Shown here: positions 1-8,027 of the stretch, in pieces
Layout: each line of letters starts with the position of its first letter
Position numbering within the stretch: the first letter of the stretch is position 1
Assembly: GCA_964655995.1 (NCBI GenBank)
Contig: CAZZPK010000001.1
Location: 15,283 to 79,282 of the forward strand
DNA length: 64,000 bases
Reading direction: 5' to 3'
Source: an uncultured Candidatus Saccharibacteria bacterium
GTDB lineage: Bacteria > Patescibacteriota > Minisyncoccia > Phycocordibacterales > XYD1-FULL-46-19
Position numbers and translations under genes: made by a program
Notes under the pieces: generated by a model
Databases searched by the model: none
What the model saw: the letters and a program-made list of their open reading frames with translations, nothing else
What the model was told of the DNA's origin: nothing

Positions 1-179
1 GGCTGACCTTAGTCGGAGCGCTCTTTTTGGCCGTAGTGGCGCTCTTGCCGATTATTATGCAAGGGGTCACCGGCATGGCGGCGCTGGCTATTGGCGGTAC
101 CTCGCTCCTCATCGTCGTCTCGGTGGTGCTTGAGCTCGTTAAACAGCTTAATGCCCAGCTCTCGATGAGGGAGTATTAA
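1..179 (+). CDS. secY: Preprotein translocase SecY, C-terminal fragment (5' end lies outside the window)
   Basis: Frame 3 reads ...LIVVSVVLELVKQLNAQLSMREY*, a typical SecY C-terminus. The classical secY-adk-map order follows. Confidence 0.75.
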   Translation, partial: LTLVGALFLAVVALLPIIMQGVTGMAALAIGGTSLLIVVSVVLELVKQLNAQLSMREY

Positions 180-217
180 TCTTTTCTCTAACAGGCGTTG
201 TCGGTTATACTGGTCGT

Positions 218-802
218 ATGTCACCGCAAACGCTTATTTTTATTGGCCGCTCGGGCGCCGGCAAGGGGACGCAAGCGATCAAGCTTATCAATTGGCTTAA
301 AACGGCCAGTCCCGAGCGGCATCCCTTTTACGTCAAAACGGGCGAGCAATTTCGCCAGTTGTTGGCCGGTGGCAGTTATACCGGCCGCTTACTTGAGGGC
401 CGGCTGGCGCGCGGCGAGCTCATGCCCTCCTTTTTGCCGATCTGGGTGTGGTCACACTTGCTGATTGAAAACTTAAAGGGCGGAGAGCATCTCATTTTTG
501 ACGGGACGCCGCGTATGCTCCTTGAGGCCAAGATTTTGGACTCGATGATTGAGTTTTACGAGCGGGCCCCGGCCACAGTTATCAACTTGGCTATTAGCCG
601 CGAGACGGCGGTGGAGCGCCTCGAGTCTCGCGGGCGTGGCGACGATGAGTTGGCGGCCATTAATCGGCGCTTAGACTGGTTTGAGAGCGAGACGGAGCCG
701 GTGCTCCGTTATTTTAAAGAGTCGCCGCTTTACCGCGTTGTCGCTATCGACGGCGAGCAGGACATTGAGGCGATACACCAAGACATTATCTCGCAATTAT
801 GA
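218..802 (+). CDS. adk: Adenylate kinase
   Basis: P-loop GRSGAGKGTQA at the N-terminus. Position after secY. ATGA overlap with map. Confidence 0.9.
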   Translation: MSPQTLIFIGRSGAGKGTQAIKLINWLKTASPERHPFYVKTGEQFRQLLAGGSYTGRLLEGRLARGELMPSFLPIWVWSHLLIENLKGGEHLIFDGTPRMLLEAKILDSMIEFYERAPATVINLAISRETAVERLESRGRGDDELAAINRRLDWFESETEPVLRYFKESPLYRVVAIDGEQDIEAIHQDIISQL

Positions 803-1560
803 AGTTAAAGACCAAACAAGATATTGCACAATTAAAAATCGCCGGCCAAAATCTGGCGGCGATTTTGGCGGCGCTGGTCAAACTGGTGGCGCCCGGCATT
901 ACCACCCTCGAGCTAGACGCTCGTGCTCGGGAGCTGCTTAAAGAGCGCGGTGCCGAACCGTCATTTTTAAATTATCGGCCGGCCGGCTCCAAGTTTTTGT
1001 ATCCAGCGGCGCTCTGTGTCTCAGTCAATGAGGAGATTGTCCACGGGATCCCAAGCCACCGGGCGATTAAAGCTGGCGATGTGGTTACCATTGATCTTGG
1101 CTTAAAGTATCAAGGCAAATATTTTGTCGATGCGGCACGCACCATTTTGGTGCCGCCAGTGGACGCGCGAGTAAAAAAGTTAAATGAGGCCGCCCGGCAG
1201 GCGCTCCAAGCGGGGGTCAAAGCGGCTAAAGCGGGCAATGCCATCGGCGATATCGGGGCGGCCATTCAAGTTTACGCCGAGCGGGAGGGCTTTGGCATTG
1301 TGCGCGACTTGAGCGGTCACGGTGTCGGTTTTGCCGTCCATGAGGAGCCGTATGTGCCCAATTACGGCCGCCCGGGCGACGGGCTAAAATTAAAAGCGGG
1401 GATGGTGCTCGCGATTGAGCCGATGTTTACTTTGGGCGGAGAGAAGACTAAACTGTTAAGCGACGGGTTTACCTTTATTACCAAGGATCGGAGTTTGTCG
1501 GTGCACTGGGAGGATACAGTAGCGATTACCGACGAGGGGCCGATAATTTTAACCAGTTGA
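799..1560 (+). CDS. map: Type I methionine aminopeptidase
   Basis: 253 aa. Pita-bread fold motifs (VHGIP, metal-binding D/H/E pattern). Conserved secY-adk-map synteny. Confidence 0.9.
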   Translation: MKLKTKQDIAQLKIAGQNLAAILAALVKLVAPGITTLELDARARELLKERGAEPSFLNYRPAGSKFLYPAALCVSVNEEIVHGIPSHRAIKAGDVVTIDLGLKYQGKYFVDAARTILVPPVDARVKKLNEAARQALQAGVKAAKAGNAIGDIGAAIQVYAEREGFGIVRDLSGHGVGFAVHEEPYVPNYGRPGDGLKLKAGMVLAIEPMFTLGGEKTKLLSDGFTFITKDRSLSVHWEDTVAITDEGPIILTS

Positions 1561-1563
1561 TTT

Positions 1564-2115
1564 ATGAACGAGCGCACTTTATTTTTGATTAAACCGGACG
1601 GAGTCAGACGCGGCTTGGTGGGCGAGATTATTGCCCGCCTGGAAAAGGCGGGTTTAAAGTTAGTCGGGCTCAAGCTGGTCCAGGTGCCCGAGGAGTTGGC
1701 GCGGGCCCATTATGGTACCGCCGACCAAGACTGGTATCGCAAAGTGGGTGAAAAAATGAAAAAATTTTACGAGCAGAACGGTTTTGATTTGGGCGAGACC
1801 ATCAGTCAGATGGATGCGACGGCCATCGGCCAAATGGTGCATCAATTAAATATCGACTATTTGGCCGCCGGACCGGTCGCGGCTACGGTTTGGGAGGGGG
1901 TGGGAGCGGTGGCAGTAGTGCGCAAGTTGGTAGGCACGACTTACCCCTTTGACTCGCCGGTAGGCAGTATCCGCGGCGATTACTCTCACGATACGCCGGT
2001 AGTGGCCAATAATGAGAATCGCTCCGTTTACAACCTTGTCCATGCCTCCGGCACTCCCGCCGAAGCCAAAACCGAAATCGAATTGTGGTTCAAAGAGGAG
2101 GAATTGATTAAATAA
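1564..2115 (+). CDS. ndk: Nucleoside diphosphate kinase
   Basis: ERTLFLIKPDGVRRGLVGEIIARLEKAGLKLVGLK and NLVHASGT...IELWF match the NDK core, including the active-site His. Contains an insertion relative to E. coli NDK. Confidence 0.85.
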   Translation: MNERTLFLIKPDGVRRGLVGEIIARLEKAGLKLVGLKLVQVPEELARAHYGTADQDWYRKVGEKMKKFYEQNGFDLGETISQMDATAIGQMVHQLNIDYLAAGPVAATVWEGVGAVAVVRKLVGTTYPFDSPVGSIRGDYSHDTPVVANNENRSVYNLVHASGTPAEAKTEIELWFKEEELIK

Positions 2116-2334
2116 ACTGGCGGGGGATAAAGTGGCGAAAATACGGCTAAAAATGAGCTTGGCGCCAAAATGAGAAGGAGTTATAATAAAGTTAGGTTAT
2201 TTGAAGGCAATATCTAGATCATATAAAATTTCAGGGAGCCACTAAATAATAATTACTTTGGTACTTGTTTGCGGGCACCCACCTAGCTTTCGCTAGGTAT
2301 CAGTCTTCAAATAACCGATGCAAAACCCCGTTTT

Positions 2335-2796
2335 TTGGTTTCAATCAAGGGCGGGGTTTTGCGTTGGTGCATCTTTCGCTATAATAAGACAGTGAAATTA
2401 TATTTACCGTTAGCTTGGTGGGGCGTAATCGGTTTGGCGCTGGTGGTTCTCATCAATACTTTGGCTTACCGCTTTGCTTGGTATTGGCGCTTTGGCTGGC
2501 TTGACCTGGCAATGCACGCCGTCGGCGGCCTAACCGTGGCACTACTCTTGTTTGGCCTGACGTCACTTTCGACCAAAGGGCCAAACGAGGCGCTGTTTTA
2601 CGTCTTGGCGGCGGTAATGCTTGTCGGCATCCTGTGGGAAATCGTGCAATACGGCAGTTTTTTGGTCGGCTGGCACTCGTTTAACGCGCTGCAATTAGGT
2701 TGGTCCGATACGGTCGGCGATTTGACCAGCGATTTGTTAGGCGGCGGCCTGGGCTGGCGGCTCTCACGGCATTTTAATCATGGAGCAAACAGTTAA
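2335..2796 (+). CDS. Small polytopic membrane protein, VanZ-like (hypothetical); real start may be the in-frame GTG at 2392
   Basis: 4 predicted TM helices. C-terminal WSDTVGDLTSDLLGGGLGW resembles the VanZ D..N..G motif. A TATAAT box at 2380-2385 sits inside the annotated N-terminus, arguing for the later start. Confidence 0.35.
   Translation: MVSIKGGVLRWCIFRYNKTVKLYLPLAWWGVIGLALVVLINTLAYRFAWYWRFGWLDLAMHAVGGLTVALLLFGLTSLSTKGPNEALFYVLAAVMLVGILWEIVQYGSFLVGWHSFNALQLGWSDTVGDLTSDLLGGGLGWRLSRHFNHGANS
2380..2385 (+). promoter_or_regulatory. -10 box (cgcTATAAT) about 6 nt upstream of the GTG at 2392; leaderless-type promoter
   Basis: The motif family TGCTATA(A/G)T recurs immediately upstream of several starts in this window. 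Confidence 0.35.
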
Positions 2797-4153
2797 AATC
2801 ACTTTTCACGGCGGTACCGGCAGTGTCACCGGGGCCAATTTTTTAGTTGAGGTCGAGGGCGAGGCACCGGTGCGCTTTTTGGTCGATTGCGGTCTCTTCC
2901 AGGGCCGCAAGGAGGATGAGGAGCGCAACTTCGATCCCTTTCCTTATGAGCCGGCGAGCATTGATGCTCTCATCGTTACCCATGCCCATTTGGATCACAT
3001 TGGCCGCATTCCAAGGCTGGTCAGCCAGGGTTTTAAGGGCCCCATTTACTCCACCGAGGCGACGCGCGACATCGCCGCTTTGTCGCTTGAGGACTCGGCC
3101 TCGCTTTTGTCGCGCGGCCGCGGCGAGGGCGATAATGAGCCGCTTTATAATTTAGAGGACGTTACCCAGGCGCTTAGCCGGTGGCAGGCCTTTGATTATC
3201 ACGAACCGTTTGTTTTGGGTCCGCTTAATATCGTCTTTCGCGATGCTGGGCATATTTTGGGTTCGGCGATGGTCGAGTGCACTCGCGGCGATAAAAAGTT
3301 GGTCTTTACCGGCGATTTGGGCAATTCGCCATCGCCGCTACTTAAAGACACCGAGGCGCTTAAAGATGCCACTTACTTGGTGATGGAGAGCGTCTATGGC
3401 GATCGCGATCATGAGGAGCGTTCCCGTCGTACCGAGCAGCTCGAGGATGTTATCGAGGAGACGTTGCATCGCGACGGTACGCTCCTGATCCCGGTATTTT
3501 CCATCGAGCGGGCCCAAGAGATCATGTTTGAAATCGAGCAGATGATGGAGGCCTCGCGCATCCCCCTAGTGCCGGTATTTATCGACTCGCCGCTGGCGAT
3601 ACGCGTTACCGACGTTTATCGCCGCTATAAAAATTATCTAAACGACAAGGTCCAAAGCGGCGGACCGGCTCAAGACGGCATTTTCCGCTTCCCGCAATTG
3701 CATTTGACTCTATCGACCGAGGAGTCCAAAGCGATTTTGCGCGCCAATCCGCGCAAGATCATTATGGCCGGCTCTGGCATGTCCACCGGCGGTCGCATCC
3801 TACATCATGAAAAAAATTACCTCTCTGATCCGCGCAATACTTTACTCTTGGTGGGCTATCAGGGGGTGGGGACCTTTGGCCGCATTCTCCAGGATGGCGC
3901 CAAGACGGTGCGAATTTTAGGCGAGGAGATCGCCGTCCGGGCGCGGATCACCAGTATTTTGGGCTACTCCGGCCATAAAGACAGCACCGGCTTGCTTAAT
4001 TTTGTCCGCGGCACAAGCGATACGGTTAAAAAAGTGTTTGTGGTTATGGGCGAGCCAAAATCGGCCCTCTTTTTAGTCCAGCGGATCAGAGATTACTTAG
4101 GCATAGACGCTGTGGCGCCGGCGGCCGGCGAGTCGGCAACGCTTAAGCTCTAA
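2780..4153 (+). CDS. Metallo-beta-lactamase fold / beta-CASP RNA-metabolising hydrolase (RNase J-like)
   Basis: HAHLDHIG (HxHxDH) motif, a downstream D and H, and the C-terminal GHKDSTGL beta-CASP signature. 457 aa. Confidence 0.75.
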   Translation: MEQTVKITFHGGTGSVTGANFLVEVEGEAPVRFLVDCGLFQGRKEDEERNFDPFPYEPASIDALIVTHAHLDHIGRIPRLVSQGFKGPIYSTEATRDIAALSLEDSASLLSRGRGEGDNEPLYNLEDVTQALSRWQAFDYHEPFVLGPLNIVFRDAGHILGSAMVECTRGDKKLVFTGDLGNSPSPLLKDTEALKDATYLVMESVYGDRDHEERSRRTEQLEDVIEETLHRDGTLLIPVFSIERAQEIMFEIEQMMEASRIPLVPVFIDSPLAIRVTDVYRRYKNYLNDKVQSGGPAQDGIFRFPQLHLTLSTEESKAILRANPRKIIMAGSGMSTGGRILHHEKNYLSDPRNTLLLVGYQGVGTFGRILQDGAKTVRILGEEIAVRARITSILGYSGHKDSTGLLNFVRGTSDTVKKVFVVMGEPKSALFLVQRIRDYLGIDAVAPAAGESATLKL

Positions 4154-4181
4154 GCGCGCGCATGTTACAATAGCTACAGTT

Positions 4182-4760
4182 ATGGAAGAAGAGCTTTTAG
4201 AGAAGCATAATCATCGCCGCTTAAAATTGGCCGTATCCGGTGCCGCCGAGACTGGCCATTGTGGCGAGGGAGCGATGGAGCTGGCTAAAGAGCTTGGTCG
4301 CGAGATTGTCCGCCAAGACGGGATTTTAATCTCGGGAGCGACCACCGGTTTCCCACTTTGGACTTGCATCGGCGCCAAGGAGGCCGGAGGCATTTCCATC
4401 GGGCTGTCGCCAGCTTACTCCGAGCGCGAACATGTCGATTTTTACAAATTGCCGCTCGAGTATCTCGATTTGATTATTTACACCGGCTTTGGCTACTCGG
4501 GGCGCGACTTGTTAATGACGCGCACCTCAGACGCAATCTTTTTAGGTTGCGGGCGAGTGGGGACGATACACGAGTTTACTATTGCCTTTGAGGATGCCAA
4601 GCCTATTGGCGTCTTGGAAGGCCCCTGGCAGACTCATGAGGTGATCCGCGACATTATGGACAAAGGCAATCGCCACAGCGATCTGGTGCTTTTTGACAAG
4701 GATCCTAAAAAATTAGTCTCTCGGGTGATCGAGTTGGTTAAAAAAACTAAAATAAAATGA
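4182..4760 (+). CDS. LOG / TIGR00725-family Rossmann-fold protein (lysine-decarboxylase-like)
   Basis: ISGATTGFPLW...GGISIGL and FLGCGRVGTIHEF resemble the LOG PGGxGT..E motif. Confidence 0.5.
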   Translation: MEEELLEKHNHRRLKLAVSGAAETGHCGEGAMELAKELGREIVRQDGILISGATTGFPLWTCIGAKEAGGISIGLSPAYSEREHVDFYKLPLEYLDLIIYTGFGYSGRDLLMTRTSDAIFLGCGRVGTIHEFTIAFEDAKPIGVLEGPWQTHEVIRDIMDKGNRHSDLVLFDKDPKKLVSRVIELVKKTKIK

Positions 4761-7700
4761 GACGCTTAGCCATTGTTATTTTACTGGCGATCGTGGTGGG
4801 GATACCACTCTTTTCTCTTTCACGTGGGGCGATTACCAAAAACGAGCAAGCCAAAGCGGTGGCGGCCACATTGTCGCCCACCGAGGAACTGATTCAAAGT
4901 TTATGGGCGCAAGTCCGGATTTTACAGGCGGTACTAGCCGAGCTGTTGCGGGTGAGGGGGATAACGATGCCCGGGGTTACCACCACAGTCACTAGTCCGG
5001 CCGCACCAACGGCCTGCCCGCCTTTGATTACCCGCTATTTGTTTGTCGGCTCAAGCGATGCCACCGCCGGTTTTGAGGTAACCAAGCTCCAGCAATTTTT
5101 AACCCGGAATGGCGTTTACACCGGGCCGATTACCGGCTACTTTGGACCGTTAACTGAGGGTGGGTTAAAACGCTTCCAAACCAAATACAATATCGTTACG
5201 AGTGGCACTGCCGCGACCACCGGCTTTGGCGCCACTTGGCCCAAAACGCGCGAGATGATTAATAATCTTAATTGTACTTCGGCAGTGCCGCTGGCTGCCG
5301 GTGGCGCCACTTACGCTCCAGTAGGCTCAGGAGGCGCCGGCGGCGGGGGCGGTGGCACAGGCGGTACTGGTACCGGCGATACGACCGCCGGCGGTACCAC
5401 GGGAGGCGGGACCGGTCCCGGCGGTGGCGGTACGGATATTTGCCCCAACTTGTCGGGGACGCAAACCAGTGTCCCGGCCGGCTACGTACTTGATGGCTCG
5501 GGCAATTGCGTTATCGCCTCAACCCCTCCACCTCCTCCGCCTCCACCACCACCTCCGAGTGGCACTGGATTATTAACGCATTTGACTAATCCCGGCTCCG
5601 GCTGGACATCCTTCAGTCTGCCTTCCAACGGCAAAATTATTTATGTCAGCTCCCGAGATGGCGGCAATGCCTGCAATGGCTTAAGTCCCGAGCCGTACAG
5701 TTTGACTAATCGGGCTAATTGCCCCAAACCGACTATTGCCTCCACTAAATCACTCCTGGCTTTTGGCCAGCCGGGGTGGATTTTGCTTAAAAAGGGCGAT
5801 GCTTGGCCTACCGAGACTATCGGCGTGGAGACCTTTACCTCCGGTACGGTCAGTGAGCCGCGAGTTATCGGCAGTTATGGCTCAAGTGGCTCTCGGCCGA
5901 TTGTCAATGCGATTAATATGCACGCCGGGTCGCGGGAACACATTGCCTTTGTTGGTTTACATATCAAGCGCCAGGCTGACGGCAACACTCAAGGTCTGCG
6001 CTGGGTCGGCACCGGCAACAATATTTTGGTTGAGGATAACTATATTGAGAAGGGGGTTGTCTTCCAAGCACCGTCTGGCAGTACTAACTCTAATGTCAAA
6101 ATCCGGCGCAATGTCATTGTCGACAATTATATGACGGGCAGCAATACGCAAAACGGTATTTTTGCCTCGCGGGTCAATAATCTGTTAATCGAGGAGAATA
6201 TTTTGGACCGTAACGGTTATGATAATGCCAATTTCCAAACCGTCGGCTCCGACTCGGTGATCCCATACAATTTATATATTCAAAACGACAATACCGGTGT
6301 GGCGGTACGCGGCAATATCTCAATGAGGAGTGCTTCCAACGGCATCCAAATGCGCTCGGGTGGTGTGCTCGACGACAACTTATTTGTCGACAATGCCATG
6401 GGGATTACGTTTGAGAGCAAGGCCGGCAGTAATCAGATCGCGCGCAATGTAGTGCTCTCGGGCAAAGATATTGTGCGTTCGGGGGCCAGCACCATGCTCC
6501 GTGGCTGGGGTATCGAGCTCCGCGGCGCGGGTACTAATCAGTCAACTGATATTACCAATAATATTATCGCTTTTAATAAAAGCAATTGGTTGGTTGGTCA
6601 AAGTGAGGGGCCACGAGGTATTGACTTGGTCGGCACCGACAGCGCCGGCTTAAATAATGTGACGGTGGAGAATAATGTGGTTTACCGCTGGGCTTGGCCG
6701 CTTAAGCTGACGCTCTCAGCGGCGCCGGCCGGCAATGTTAATATCCGCAATAACACTTTTTATTTAGGTGAGCCGGCTGGCCGCCCACTAGCCGAGCTGG
6801 CTGCGCCGACACTTGCCGCACTTAACACTAAAGTCAGTCTCTCAAACAATCATTATTTTGATTCTGGCGACAGTCGACCGCTCTCGACTTGGTTTAAGGT
6901 GACTGCTGGTGGGGCAGTGGCCGTTAATACTGCACAATCTTGGGCTAATGCTACCAAAGAGACCGGTTTTAGCATTGTTGAGCCTGATTTGTCCGGACCC
7001 AAGACCATTGAGGATTATGCCCGCTCAATCGGCGCCGGCTCCACTTTAGCGGATTTTGCCGCCGAGGCGCGAGAACAACAAAAAGGCAATTGGCGCCGCG
7101 CTTACACCGCCGCGGAAGCCAATGATTATTTCCGCAGCGCTTTTAGGCTCTCTAGTACGCCGCCGCCGGTTGATTTAACTCCGGTGGAAACGGATATTTG
7201 CCCCAATTTGTCCGGCACGCAAACGAGCATCCCGGCCGGCTATGTACTCGATAGCTCGGGCAATTGCGTTGAGGAGGGAGGCGGCGGTACCGGCGGCGGC
7301 TCCGGTGCGGGAGGCCCGGCCGCCTCTTGGACTTTTGAATCTTTGCCCAATTGCTTAAGCGAGTGCCCCAGTTTAGTTAGCGGCAAATACGGCCAGGCGG
7401 CGGATTTTAACGGCAGTACCTCGGGCCTTGATGCCGGCAGTCCGTCGAGTATCGATAATTTAGCCGGCTTGACGGTTAGCGCCTGGATTAAGCCGCGGCA
7501 ATTTGTGGCCGAGACCTTTGGCGGTCGCATTGCCGATAAGCGCGATCAGGGCGGCTGGGCCTTTTTTACCGTGGCTGGCGGGGGAGTCCGCTTCCATGCT
7601 GATCACAGCACTACCGCTTTGGCCGCCTCGACGCCGGCCGGCACGGTGTCGGCCGGCGAGTGGACTCACGTGGCCGTCGTTTGGACCGGCGGCAATACGG

Positions 7701-8023
7701 CTGACTCTGTTACCTTTTACATTAATGGCGAGGCAGTCGGCAAAACCAATACCCAAGATGGCGTCGGTACTCGCCGAGCCGACGGCTCGTCCAAACTCTT
7801 AATCGGCGAATGCGCCGCCGGCGAATGCTCCTTTGACGGCGCAATCGACAATTTGGCTATTTATAATCGCGCGCTTGGTGCCGGCGATATTGCCGGTACG
7901 ATGGGCAGCTCCTTGTCATCTATTCAAAACTTTAGGACGCTTTATCTGGCCAATTCATTTTGGTCTGTCTACCAACTATTAGTTAATAAGGGGCGCTGGC
8001 TGATTACCTTATTTAATTTTTAA
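4757..8023 (+). CDS. Large secreted/anchored protein: N-terminal TM, PG_binding_1 domain, Gly-rich and poly-Pro linkers, right-handed parallel beta-helix (pectate-lyase-like repeats), C-terminal LamG/concanavalin-like domain
   Basis: PG-binding motif FEVTKLQQFLTRNGVYTGPITGYFGPLTEGGLKRFQ. Run of 13 Pro. Repeated N..I..N/D beta-helix rungs (NNILVEDNYI, IRRNVIVDNYM, LLIEENILDRN...). C-terminal LamG-like block (SAWIKP...WTHVAVVW...FYINGEAVG...IDNLAIYNRAL). Confidence 0.7.
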   Translation: MRRLAIVILLAIVVGIPLFSLSRGAITKNEQAKAVAATLSPTEELIQSLWAQVRILQAVLAELLRVRGITMPGVTTTVTSPAAPTACPPLITRYLFVGSSDATAGFEVTKLQQFLTRNGVYTGPITGYFGPLTEGGLKRFQTKYNIVTSGTAATTGFGATWPKTREMINNLNCTSAVPLAAGGATYAPVGSGGAGGGGGGTGGTGTGDTTAGGTTGGGTGPGGGGTDICPNLSGTQTSVPAGYVLDGSGNCVIASTPPPPPPPPPPPSGTGLLTHLTNPGSGWTSFSLPSNGKIIYVSSRDGGNACNGLSPEPYSLTNRANCPKPTIASTKSLLAFGQPGWILLKKGDAWPTETIGVETFTSGTVSEPRVIGSYGSSGSRPIVNAINMHAGSREHIAFVGLHIKRQADGNTQGLRWVGTGNNILVEDNYIEKGVVFQAPSGSTNSNVKIRRNVIVDNYMTGSNTQNGIFASRVNNLLIEENILDRNGYDNANFQTVGSDSVIPYNLYIQNDNTGVAVRGNISMRSASNGIQMRSGGVLDDNLFVDNAMGITFESKAGSNQIARNVVLSGKDIVRSGASTMLRGWGIELRGAGTNQSTDITNNIIAFNKSNWLVGQSEGPRGIDLVGTDSAGLNNVTVENNVVYRWAWPLKLTLSAAPAGNVNIRNNTFYLGEPAGRPLAELAAPTLAALNTKVSLSNNHYFDSGDSRPLSTWFKVTAGGAVAVNTAQSWANATKETGFSIVEPDLSGPKTIEDYARSIGAGSTLADFAAEAREQQKGNWRRAYTAAEANDYFRSAFRLSSTPPPVDLTPVETDICPNLSGTQTSIPAGYVLDSSGNCVEEGGGGTGGGSGAGGPAASWTFESLPNCLSECPSLVSGKYGQAADFNGSTSGLDAGSPSSIDNLAGLTVSAWIKPRQFVAETFGGRIADKRDQGGWAFFTVAGGGVRFHADHSTTALAASTPAGTVSAGEWTHVAVVWTGGNTADSVTFYINGEAVGKTNTQDGVGTRRADGSSKLLIGECAAGECSFDGAIDNLAIYNRALGAGDIAGTMGSSLSSIQNFRTLYLANSFWSVYQLLVNKGRWLITLFNF

Positions 8024-8027
8024 TTAT

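Noticed and set aside
2116-2334. Structured ncRNA (for example RNase P or 6S) in the ndk-downstream spacer
   Set aside because: It contains two hairpins (ACCTAGC-tttc-GCTAGGT; GCAAAACCCCG...CGGGGTTTTGC), but no RNase P P4 or 6S features are recognisable. More likely a terminator plus promoter region.
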